A stretch of DNA of 59,943 bases, the filler included, from Bipalium vagum (taxonomy: Eukaryota): NCBI GenBank assembly GCA_037834085.1. It is 3 parts of 3 records of this genome, joined end to end, with 100 filler letters (N's around TTAATTAATTAA, not from the genome) between each part and the next. Parts side by side here need not be neighbours in the genome. Positions count along the whole stretch, not along the records: positions 19,005 to 39,927 come from JBBMKC010244582.1; positions 40,028 to 59,943 come from JBBMKC010264600.1; 1 more part is not named here. One strand, written 5' to 3'. This document shows, piece by piece, positions 36,990-49,475 of the stretch (its first letter is position 1; the number at the start of each line of letters is the position of its first letter). The position numbers and the translations under genes are program-made. Below the pieces are notes generated by a model. The model was given only the letters and a program-made list of their open reading frames with translations, made no database searches and was not told the DNA's origin.

Positions 36990-37670
36990 ACATGTTTCAA
37001 AAGAAGTAGCGCATACCTTAAACAACCATAATTTTTACAATTATTAAATTATTGATTGGAAATGTTGGACAATGTTTTTTTACCTAAAAGTTTTTTTATG
37101 GCCTTGTATACCTACAAAATTACTTATGTTGTTTTTTTACCTACAATAAAAATCAGAGTTAATAGTAACAAGAAAGATAAAATTGACAACCAACAATTAT
37201 ATTTTTATTAACAAATTCATCGTTTCTTCAAAGCTATTATGGTATTGTAACCACATAAATTCTTGAAGAAAATCAACTCTGAGGTGATTATATGCTCCAT
37301 GCTTAGCAAAAATTACCTATTTTTTCCCATGTGTGGAAAATGACCTGCCCATCACCCAATATGTATAATTGGTCATAAGAACATTGTCAGAAATTTTTAT
37401 ATTCTAATAGAAGATTAAGTAAGTTTTAATATTTTCATTTATAACATGTTAATTTTTGGTAGAAATAAGCGTTAAATTTAATCAAGATAGAGCCAACAGA
37501 ATAATTGAATATTTCCAAGAAAATAATAGAAATTGTAAATTGACACCTGACCATTTTTTTTTCGAAAATTTATCTTGGTTTTTCATATAAAATAAAAATA
37601 TTTAAATTATTATTTATGGTTTTAAAATTATTGTTGTTCAAAGTTCGCGCTACTACTTTTGAAACACACT
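36990..37670. mobile_element. Non-autonomous TIR element in Otx intron 1
   Basis: ~45-bp imperfect inverted repeats TGTTTCAAAAG.AGTAGCGC.A.C.TT.AACAAC.ATAATTTT. Confidence 0.75.
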
Positions 37671-38825
37671 ATATGTGAAAAATATGAAAATTTTTGTGAA
37701 AATATATGTGAAAAAATTATGTGAATTATAATACCTCTAATTACATTCACTTATTATTAATAATTTTATTATTTTAATTTCGCTAAAAAATAAATAGGTA
37801 AATTTATAAAAATTATTTTATATTTATATAACAAAATTATTTTATAATATTATTAAAATTATTCTTTAAAATAATTATAATTTACAAAGATAATAAAATT
37901 CAAAAATAAAATATTTTCATTTAACAAAATAAGAACTTCAACATCAAGTATCATAAAAATGATAAATTAATAAAAAAATAATAATGATATTGATAATAAA
38001 TAAAATTATTATTATTATTATTATTATTATTATAATGATAATAATAGTGATAATAAATAAAATAATAATAATATGTAAAATAATACAAAATTTAAAATTG
38101 ATTGTGAAAGTAATGATAAAAAATTTTCTGAGATAGTAATATTTCCTTTAATTAAAAAAATTAATTACACAAATATAATTTGTTTATAATTTTTACTATT
38201 TCAGTTTCATTCGTTTGATGTTGGAAAAATTTTTGTTATTAGAAACATAAATTTTCATTGAAAAAAGATTTATTAATTCTTTCTTTTACAAAGAGAAAAA
38301 TCAATTTTCGAAATTTATTTAATATTAACCATCAAATGGTGATTTAAATTTATTTTCAAAAAATCATTCGGCCATAATTATCTAAATCATCGAAAATCCC
38401 CGTGCTTATCTTCATGGAGAACGGAGAGGAAATTATACGGATCAGTTCCACTATCCATCATAGAAATGCACAAGTCTCTCAGTGCCTATCACCAGGTGTA
38501 AAATGGTTATAGATAAATTATCAACCCTTCCGTACCCCGAAATAAGAATTAGAATTTATTTTTTAGGCCATCTGCCTGGTTGAGTCTGAGAAGTATAGAT
38601 AAACTATTTACTTAATTCCAATAGGACGGAATTTAATAATTTCCTTGTGCCTCATTGATCAAGGAATGACAACCTATTCTCAAGAAAACTATTAACCTGA
38701 TAAAAGGCTGCAAACTGAAGTCTTTAAATTTGATTAATTATTTTCAGGTTGAATGTACTTGCATCTTTGACAACAACTTCATTGGATTATTCGCCCGATC
38801 AATCAAGTGAACAAAATGATCTCAC

Positions 38826-39228
38826 CTTGATACAACGCAGGATGCTGTGGAAAATAAGGCGAACTGGAAAATGATGATCCAGTGGTTGCTAATGCCAAGG
38901 CGCTAGCAGCCGCCATTGCATTCTGGTCAAATGAGTATTGGGGAACAAGTTGAGGCTGATAGCCGGACACGGTTGTCCAGAGATTCTCTCGTGAATTTAA
39001 ACACGTTTCATTCAATCCAATTGGTGTTGAAGTCGTCAGAGATTTATCGGCTGATGAAGAAACGTTAGAATTGAATCCAGAAAATGCTTGTTCTATAGCA
39101 CTGATAGGATAGGCGGAATATGTGGATGAATTTATGGCCGGATATCCACAGTCGGTGGATGTAAATGCTTGCGAATATGGAAACATGGATAGGTGATTGT
39201 TTGAATGCATTGGTTGAGAAAGAAACAT
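38826..39228 (-). CDS. otx: Otx exon 1
   Basis: ATG at 39228; Ser/Tyr/Pro-rich; donor CAAG|GTGAG, phase 1, compatible with exon 2. The full model is 490 aa. Confidence 0.88.
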
Positions 39229-39853
39229 AGTATCTAGAATATGTGTAATGATTTATTATGATTAATGAAAACTTATGCTCTTAATTAAAAATCTTTTCAA
39301 TCATATAATGGACCGAGAAAACAACAACAGCACTAGTAGTACTACTAGTAGTAGTAGTAGCAGAAATTTTTCAATTACATTTTGATTTAACTTGAATAGG
39401 CAGTATAGTACCTGTTTCTTTACACTCTAGAGAATACATACGGAGAAAAAGATTAGTCTCGGGAGATCAACTAGGATTAGGGAGTCGAGGCGAAATAAGA
39501 AAGTTATCAAAATAATGTACTGGCAAATTAGAATTTACTTTTCTGCGCATTTGTTAGCTTACAAAGAAAAATAGAAAATCGACTAAAAGAAAATTTTCTT
39601 CAGCAAACTTGGGTCTACCTGAGTCTGTTTTTTTAATTAATAAAAAATTACTTTATATGATGAACAGAGATTTAGTGAACTCTCACATAAATGTATTACT
39701 TTTGTAAGACTAAGGAAACTGAAATTCTAGTCTGTTTAGCTAACAATTTCCTAATCATTCCGCATTACATGCTTATTCAGTATTGATATTATTATAAAAA
39801 TACAATGTGTACATAGTTGAGAACGATCTTCAATATTCTCTTAATATATAGAA

Positions 39854-39873
39854 ATAATAATAATAATAATAAC

Positions 39874-39927
<54 letters not shown>
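39854..39927. repeat. (AAT)n microsatellite at contig end
   Basis: Direct AAT repeat running into the gap. Confidence 0.95.
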
Positions 39928-40027
39928 NNNNNNNNNNNNNNNNNNNNNNNNNNNNNNNNNNNNNNNNNNNNTTAATTAATTAANNNNNNNNNNNNNNNNN
40001 NNNNNNNNNNNNNNNNNNNNNNNNNNN
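39928..40027. other. Scaffold gap with artificial TTAATTAATTAA linker
   Basis: 44 N + linker + 44 N. Confidence 0.97.
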
Positions 40028-40299
40028 ATATATAACCTTTATTTTTAATAATTTTTAATGAAAGATAAAGCTAAAGTCAGTATGTATCTAAATTAAAGTT
40101 TTTCAAATCATAAAACTTCTAATTTAAATCATAATCAACTATTAAATCCATTTTTAAACGATGGCCAAAAACATAGACGATATTGTATTGTTGATGACTA
40201 GAAACAAATAATTCATTCAATTCTCGACTGAGTTTAAACTAGCACAGCAATTCTTAGTCCTGTTAAATTATCATCATCAAAAGAGTATATAGAAAATAT

Positions 40300-40796
40300 A
40301 TTTGAGAATATTAAGTTTCTTGAAATTACACAATACCATAGATATTGATGAATTCATCCATGATGATGTCACTGTATTAATCTGTGAAACTGCATGTGAT
40401 GAAGGTATAATAATGAGAATCAAATTAGAAAATTAGTACATTAATGAACTAAATGAAGATGAAGAAGTGGTTGATGAGATTGTGAAAATTTCACTTACTC
40501 CATCATAAGCCATCAATTTGATCGAAAATTTCCGATTCACTTTTGTTAAATATTCTGATTTTTCCTCTGATTTTAATAGTTTAGATAAATCTCATTCTTC
40601 TCCCACAAAAATTAGTATCCAATGTCTTACCCAAACAATCATTACTAGTTTGACCGTAAAAGTAAATGTTTTTATTTAAATCTTTTTTTATTTTATTATT
40701 ATTTCTTATTTTTATTATTTTCATGTAAAAAAATTAAAATCGAATATCTTTCGCGACAAAAAGCATTTCGTAAAAATATCCGGAGTAGATTGTATT
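40300..40796 (+). mobile_element. pogo/Tigger 3' fragment
   Basis: Acidic C-terminus DIDEFIHDDVTVLICETACDEGII...DEEVVDE, as in pogo transposases. Confidence 0.5.
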
Positions 40797-41599
40797 GTTA
40801 TTAAAAGGTAAAAATTATTAATAATTAGGATAATATATGATTAGATGATTTCAACTATATCAAAACTCAGAAACTTTTCATGAAGAGAGATCGATAATTT
40901 TTTTATTGGAATATGAAATATTCTCAAATTACGAAATTTTGAATGTTGTAAAGGACAAATCAATAAAGAAAAACCCACAATGGATGGCTAAGTTCTACTC
41001 TAAAACTTGTAGACAACCTTGTTCCCAGAACCAAAGCATTCTTCGAAGACAACATACCAAACTTTAAAAATCAATTTACTCATGTGCACACCAACTCAAT
41101 AAGAAGCACATAGAATGTAGTGGTAATAAAACCTAAGACAGGGAAAAAACTCGAATTTTATTTCTTACTGTTCGTAAATGTCTGAATGCTTTCAACAAAT
41201 TTATTCGATATCTATGGAGGGAAAATTAAAAGTAACAAATAATTACTGAAGGATGAGCTACTTGATTCAATCATTTTTACCCAGTTGCTAAATTCAACTC
41301 AGAATTCGATTCTACCTTCACTTTCACTATTTCACGTTCAAAATTTCGACTGACTCTCGTGAATTATAGAAATTCTGCTATTTCATTATATAGGAGTCAA
41401 AGTTTTTTCACTACTTAATGAATATCCCCATTATTTAATTGATAAACATGGAGCTTTTAATTATTCAGGTCAGGCCGAACGTATTCGCATGATTTGAATA
41501 ATTAATTATCCTTTAAGTCTCCTAAATAAAAAAGCTTAAAATAAATGTCTTATTTTTAGTATAGAAAATGAAGGTTAATATTACAAAAAATATTTATTT

Positions 41600-42440
41600 A
41601 TAATAAACAGAACATTAAGTGCTATTGTTTATATGAGGTAATTTTATTAGAATTAGCTTAATTAATTGCTAAGTTTTTAACTGATAAATTTTCGAAAAAA
41701 ATTAAGGCATTTGATAGACATTTCAACATGGTCTGGAAAAATATGAAAGAAATCTAGACCGAAGAACCAAGACCAAGTAAAGGCTATTTGATTAGTTCAA
41801 ACAAGCAGTAAAATGGTGATATTTTATGAAAAACTAATCCTCTGATTTGTTCTTCTATGTAAAATTTTCAATTTGTGATTGAAATGTCAATCTTAAACAG
41901 AAATTTTTAGAACTTAGGTTTTTTTTACGAATTTTTGAAGATCGAATTGTTTCTGATTTTAATTTTCAGTACTTTCCAGTACCAAGTATCCGGTTAATGA
42001 AAGACCTGACCGGCCTTAGTGTACTAAAATAAATCAATAATTTATTAATAACATAGGAATTAGAGAATAATTTTTATTAAAACTAGATTCCTGGTAATGT
42101 TAATATATTATTAAATTTTAAATTTTACGGTAAATGAAATTCCATTTGATTAGTTTGGCAAACAACAGAATTACATACAACAATTCAGAGGATTATGTTT
42201 ATATAAAATAGTGTTATTCTGCTGTTTGTTTTAACTAATCAAATAGCCTTCACCCGATCTTGTTCCTTCGAATCCAGATTTCTTTCGCTTTTTCCAAGAC
42301 GATCTTGAAATGTCTATCAAATGTCTTAATTGTTTCGACAATTTATCCGTAAAAAAAAGCATTGCATTAAAATTAAAGGTCTAATCAAAATACAAAATTA
42401 TTTGATTTAGACAATAGCATTAAGCTGCTCTTTATTGTAC
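41600..42440. repeat. Long imperfect inverted repeat (foldback/long-TIR element)
   Basis: Arms at ~41600-41860 and ~42170-42440, e.g. CATTTGATAGACATTTCAA / TTGAAATGTCTATCAAATG and AAGGCTATTTGATTAGTT / AACTAATCAAATAGCCTT. Confidence 0.85.
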
Positions 42441-45400
42441 ATATTAACCAGATTATTTATCATTATGTATTATTATTAAATATATTACTATCACTATCAA
42501 TCGTTACTATTATCAACTATTGATGTTAGAACAAAAAACAAAATCGACAATAAATTGATAATAATTGAATAGAAATATTTTACCTTTATTATAATGAAAT
42601 CGTCAATGAAACATTTGAGGAATCATTTGAACAGAAATTGTCAACTTGATGATATGTGAACTGAATTCATTATATTTATCATAATGATTTTGAATTCACA
42701 AAAAGGTCAAATAAAAATAGACATTTTCTGTCTTTTAACTTCAAATAAAATCAACAAAATAATAATGTAAATCATCTAAATAATTTTATTTAAACATTGT
42801 GCGTACAGTAAATATTCCAATTGGTTTTATAGTGTTTTATACAGGGCTTGACAAAGTATTCGCTATAAACCACTATCCGTTATAATCAACACCTTTTAAT
42901 CGGAATCGACTCTAGTATTTATCAAACCAGCTTGCTGTCGAATATTTTCTTTATGACTATCACTGGTTTTTAAATTTTAAATTTCTTTTTTATATTTTTT
43001 AAGAAAATTTCATTTTAATCTATATAATTATTAATAATAGTAATAATTTTAATAAAAAAAAGTCAATGATTACGGAATGTCGAAATATTTGCTAGCGGAA
43101 TCTGAGCTAAGGTCGATAGGTCGTAAGCAGTTTTAAATTATTAAAGTAGTTTAATATTACGAACTTTGATTTATTTTTTTTTAATATTAAATTTTTAATT
43201 TATTTATTTGATTTATTTATATAATTTATAATCAACGAAACTTTTTATATTACCGTTCTCATCGATTAACGGATTCTACTGACATTGATTGAGTTGAGTA
43301 TATGTGTTAGATAGATAATTTAGGGTGAGTTATTTTGTAGTCTGGGGGTGGTTATAAATTCAAAAAAATATTTAATTATTATTTTCCAAATTATTCAAAT
43401 TTTAATTTTCGGTCAAGTTAATTTTATTAAGAGGAATAATGAAAATTCATGAGAACCTTATACATACTCAAACACCCACCGATTATTCAGAGAAATAATT
43501 AATAAGGTTCTTTCTTTTTTCTAGAATCTGTTATAATTTTGACGTAGGACATAGGGTTTTTTTCTCGGTATAGTCGAATGGATGATGTGTAAAGAGTTGG
43601 GAAATATCAGATAAGATATTTTTATGCTTTTGTGGTTCTTTTTAGATTGTCTGTTTGGTTGGTAAGGTGGTAATTTCCTAAGCCGAGGAAGGGCGGAAAA
43701 GGTTAATGTTTTACTGTTTAAGAGCACCCCTCGCCTGCTGATGAAAAGCGAAAAATATCAACGCCAATGAAACGAGGTGATGACTGGCAAACAAGCAAAT
43801 CAAAGTCAAAGACAATCCAAAAGCAATAAAAAATATTTATGGTAGTAAAAAAGAAAATAAATGAAATGATGCGTCAAAAAATTACAAAATAAGGTGACAG
43901 AAAAGAGTTAAATAAATAGTGCTGACTTTTTTATGTTATATATAAATAATATTAATTTTTGTTCAAAAGCCTTAAGGCAGAAATAGTACTCCTCTGTGCT
44001 CGAAGCGCTGCACGAATCCAATCTCTTTTCTACTGACTTGTAGATCTATGATAACTCCTCTTTATGATTTTGATCAAAGAAATAATCGAAGGCTTGTCCG
44101 CGGTTGGCTCTTCCTCAATGGTAACTTCATCTTTCAAATTGACTGTGTCAAATCGAATGTTTAATAGACAAACAGTCATGTTTGAACTGCTTTGATTACA
44201 ATTGATGTCTCGTCACAATCGACCTGGTTATTCACCATTGAGAGAAACTGTATAAAGTATTTTGTGTTCAATCCATTTAAATACATTAAAAAGCATTCTT
44301 CATTTGAAATGATTTTAGATGTCAAAATATCTGAATCATTATTCGTGACAATGATGTGGATAGTCATGTTCCAATATTGATCGCAATCAAACTTTCATAA
44401 GAAATATTTTTATTGCTCACTTCTATTGGATTAAATCAATCTAGTTTGATGAAACATAATTTCATAACTGTCCTAGTCCTTATAACTGACTCTTTCTTAA
44501 CATCTTCAAACAATCAGATTTTGAGTCTTAAAATTGAATCATCAACCAAGTTGGTATATTTGTTACAAATCGATCGGAAATGAAAGATGAATTTTTCTAA
44601 ATTAACATTGGTGACCAATGATGGTCTCAGTCTACCGGAACAGCAATTCTTTGACACTTGACAGCTTTTTCAGTCAGATCCAAAAATTTTTAATTTGTCT
44701 CTCACTTTAAGTTTGACTGAAATAAAATTTTTTTCGATGTCACCAATGTCAAAGAGATTTGGAAATCATTTCAATAATAATAATCAATAATAATAATTTT
44801 AATGAGGTCGATTTCGGATCTGCCTCCCTAACATAATAAATAAATCGATTATTATTCTCAGTTTTCAAAAGATAATTGTGCATTTTTATAAATTTTATGA
44901 TTATTGTTAATTATGATTTTATTTAACGAAATTTTTTATACACCAATTAGATTTTAAAATCTTTTAATAAACTAAAATTTTAATTACGTTTTTAAATTTT
45001 AAACTGTAGAAGTTAAATAAAAAAATACTTACAATTCTAAGATAATATTCCATTGTTGTCTAGTATCTTTATCAAATCTTCGTGAAATTAATCAATTTTT
45101 GTTTACTTTTTAAAAAACTATTTATTATTACAATTTGGAGAAAAATTCACAGCATTTATTTGTTTGATATAATTAGAGCAATGATACGGAAAATGACATT
45201 TTATAAATAATCAATTGGTATGAAAAAATTGAAAACTATACTGTTTGTGATATATACAATTGTTGGGTTTGCCGAAGATACGACTCGAAAAAACAATAAT
45301 ATTAATATTAATAACAATAATAATAATAATTTTTCGCTTATTAACTAATGAGTGTAATAAAATATGTATTTATTATTTATAAATAATCTTCAATTTTATA

Positions 45401-45829
45401 TTATTATATTAATTTATATGGCATATATTTATATTTAATTGAATAATTATATTTTAAAAAAATAGCTTTAGTAATAAGATATGAAATGTGATCTTTTTTC
45501 ACATTTCTACAATATATCCACACAAATGGGTGTGACAATTGTGAAAGATGTTGATAGTGTTACACAATAAAAAATTAAAAGATGATAAAATTCTTATTCA
45601 AATTATTTAATTTGAACTAAGAGGAAAAAATGTGAGCGAAAATGTTAAGTAAAATATTTAAAGTTAATTAAATAATTAACTTGTGTAAATTATATTTCTA
45701 ATTATTATTTTTGTTTAAAATTAAAAGATATTTAAATTTACTTAAAATTCTTTAAAAAATAAATAATGAAAAATATAATTTTAAAAGCATTTTTTGTGTA
45801 AATTATTTCAATGTTTAGTTTTTCATTCT

Positions 45830-46560
45830 TTTCTATCTCTAATGCTTGCAGACGCGTCTGCCGCTCATTCAATTTTGAATATAGTACCCGCAAATAGAAA
45901 AGAACAAAATTAACAAGCCTCTGCAAGCTTTCACCTCTTTACAATAACTTTATCTCAGTTTACAAAAGCAAATAGTTATAAGGTTTATCATTTTCAGATA
46001 CAATTTCACAAGTAATCGGGAAATTAGAGAATGAGCTTCGATCTTATTCATTGTACTAGTACACATTTTTAGGGCTTCGTGTGATTGAACATTTAATCAC
46101 ATTTTCAGAAGATATTGTCTGTGTAAGACAGTTAATAGTAATTATAGTAGAAATGTTTTCCTTGAGAAAGACAGAAAATCCTCAATACGGTTTATCATTG
46201 CATGTGCACCATCAGTAGCTATGCATTAATATTCCCAAGAAGAATTTTTTACTTTTTCAAATAATTATCTAAAAATAAAAACAGTTTCAAGATATCTAGC
46301 AAATAGAAACTCATCATTCAAGGATAGAATGAGGTCTTATTAAACCCATGAGAATAGTTGAACTCCCAAATGTTGATTCGTCAAATTGAATCAGAAACGT
46401 GAAGTTCTGAAGATTAAAGCTCAAAGTTATTTCCATATAATTGTCCATTTCGTCAATTTGTCGTAAAGTATTTGAACTTATGATGTATTTTAGAACTCCT
46501 TGAGAACCTTACCTCATTAAATTTTAGATTACATCTTTTATAGCAGTAAATGTAATCCTT
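45830..46560 (-). mobile_element. hAT (Buster/Charlie) transposase relic
   Basis: SSNTLRQIDEM, FLIQFDEST, EFLFARYLET, ATDGAHAM. Confidence 0.85.
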
Positions 46561-47554
46561 GTACGGTTTTTAATTATTAACATCTATCGATTTTTAGTCA
46601 ATAAAATATTTTTTAATAATTTATTTACATCAATAATCAATAACATTTGAAATTTTTTTATTTATGTTCGTTTTTATTATATAATATTTAGATATCATTG
46701 ATTTTAACATTATTTATTATGGTTTTATATGTATGTTTATAAAAAATGTATTGTTTGTGCGTCTTTTTTTACTCAATTTAGCTTCATTGATGAATTTGTT
46801 CGTGATTGTATGTTTGTGTTTTTCACTCCAATATAGTCAGCTGTATCATTTTTACGACATTTTTGAAAAATTTTAAATTCTATTATCCTATCATAAGACA
46901 ACCACCAATTCACAATATTTTTAATGTGAGGCACTGTATTATCACAGTTCCTGGGTGAGATTGAGGCTTCGATGGCACTTATCCGAATCTGCGGTTCCTT
47001 TCGTACTGACAGGTTTATTTAACCCTTCAATAAGGGATTGTAAAGGTCATTTTAAAAGTAATTCTTTTTCAAAAAATTTAAATCTAGCTCATATGGAGTG
47101 GGATAGCTTGAAATAATAATAAAAAAAATAACTTTTGATACTGTTTTGCGAATGGGCAAGCATAAAAATCACCAAGCTAAAGATTTTTATTATTTGTTCA
47201 TGTGTATAAAAAATGAATGATATATTTTATTCTTGTAAAAAATACATAAATACACATGCAAGTCACATACGATTCTTATCGTTTCAAACAGTAATAAATA
47301 CAGTTTGAAGCCATAAATCGTCCGGCAAAGAAAACCTTTACCTTACAACAAGTAAAAAAAATTACTTGTTAAAATATTTTAAAAACTTTTTCAACATTGA
47401 GACCGAACACTCTAAGAAATAATAATAAAAGTAAAACTGAAAATATTTTATTGAGCAATGAATGTTCGCAGTGAAATTTGTTGACTGCGGTCATTTTTCG
47501 TTATTCCTTATGGGCTTATCTGTAAAATTAGAATGAGAAATTTTTCGAATATAT

Positions 47555-48060
47555 ATAGGTTGCGTGAAAAGTCTTTAGCCTAGAAATGAAAGGATGTAAA
47601 AAACACCAAAAAAACACGCAATACAATCTGTCCACTTATTATCCAATAATTATATTCCATGTCTAAAATGTGGATCTCAAAAGTACTGATATACAGTTGT
47701 CTCAACTTCCTCATTCGATGCAAAAATCCTGCAATGAAGGAATTGCTTAAGGTTTCTGAAGAGATAAAAACCACTTGGAGCCAAATCTGGAAAATATAGT
47801 CGATGTTTAATAATTTAAAAATATAATTTATCCAGTTTTGTCATTGTCAAACCACTTTTGTGAGCTGGTGAATTATCATGATGAAAAATGTTTTTTCATT
47901 ATGTATTTTCGTAGACCTTCATACTTTACTTATGAAATTGCATTGATGGAAACATCGTCTAAGTTCCGACGACAATTGAACTACATCCCAAAACAAATTT
48001 TACAGCAGCGATTGTAATAAAAAGTTTCGAAATTTATTTTTAAATTAAAAAAATGATAAT
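47555..48060 (-). mobile_element. Mariner 3' remnant
   Basis: HHDNSPAHKS, YFPDLAPSGFYLFRNLK, FASNEEV; terminal TAGGTTGCGTGAAAAGTC. Confidence 0.85.
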
Positions 48061-48569
48061 CACAACTCATGCTTAAAATTAAGATTAAATCAACGTGTCA
48101 TGAAGATTGCTAATTTATCGATCGTCATTTGAAGACGCTGGCTTTCATAGAATTGTACAAGCGAGATGTATTTAATGTTTGAAAAGTTCTATTTTCAATA
48201 TTTTAGATCAGTTATGGTCATATTGAAATGCCATCAGTCATCGTAATAATTACTACAACAGTATCAAATTGTTGGAGACTTAATTATACTTAGAAAAACA
48301 GAAAATAATTGAAAATCCAAATTACTCGGTTCCAGATCTGAATATAGACCTTACCCTTCATGAAGGCAAGTGATGTCATTAATAATATATTCTGGGTTAT
48401 ATCATTCCATTCATAAATTGGAACGGTATAAAGACAGCATAATAAAATATATTCTATCTTACGCATTTAGGGGATTGATTATGCCATGAACAATATAAAA
48501 AATAGACCATTTATGTTAGTAAAATCTTGGAACAATAATAACACTACTAGACATAATTTTTTTTCTTTA

Positions 48570-49130
48570 CTTAACACTCATTAATGTTTCTAGGTCATTT
48601 TTGGACGGGGAAATCAAACATGAAGTTGTTTTTCATATCAGTTCTATATTTATTTTAATGTGGTAATTATAATTAGAAATATAAATTATGTAAGGAATCC
48701 TTATTAATAATAAATTTTGAGACCAATAATACTCTGAGAGTACCATAAATAATGATTTTAACATTAAACTATGTGGCAATTATGAGTCTGTTAATAAGGT
48801 TATTGTGAAAACATATTTGAAATAATGATGGAAGCGAACCAGGTTGGACTTCGTAACGAATTTAAGAAATCGAACAGTAGATATTTAATAAATTGAAATA
48901 GCTTCAGTATGTCAACATGATATAACTAGACTAGTGGTTTTGGTCGTATCTAAAAGAGAAAACATATGATACCCCTGGTATCACCTCACATCAAGTTCTT
49001 CGATAAAAATAGTAGAAAAAATAATGCTATTCCACTGCACATGTATCGCTCTTCTCTGAAAGAGATCCTCAACCGTGTTCATAAATATCAAGATAACGAT
49101 GGCGGACGCTTGGAATTGTAATTTATGTAT
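48570..49130 (+). mobile_element. Possible piggyBac 5' relic
   Basis: TTAA-flanked end and GR...DTPGIT, weakly like the piggyBac N-terminal region. Confidence 0.3.
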
Positions 49131-49312
49131 TTTAGCAAATGTATTTTTAATATTTTATTAATTTTGGCTAAATAATTTTGGGGCTTCCGGTATATAAAAG
49201 CAAAATAAAAAACTAATTACCCACCAAAAACAGTTTTGCCATTATAGTAATTATTATTGGATTCCAATTGACAGGCGAAAAACATAAATTGTATTATAAA
49301 GCGATTATAATG

Positions 49313-49475
49313 CAGTTGAGTCTCGATATAACGAACTCCGATATAACGAACCTGTGTGAAACAAATGGTTGGCCGCACATCATATATATACAAATTAAAC
49401 TTTGATACAGCAAATTTTGATATAACGAAGTAATTTGACCGGTCCCTTGAAATTCGTTATATCGAGACTCAATTG
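49313..49475. mobile_element. pogo/Tigger-type MITE
   Basis: 23-bp TIR CA(G/A)TTGAGTCTCGATATAACGAA; four GATATAACGAA motifs in total (two internal); TA on the right flank. Confidence 0.9.

Noticed and set aside
43738-43755. CTGATGA-AAAG-CGAAA hammerhead-like core
   Set aside because: No stem II closing pair and no supporting stems I or III.
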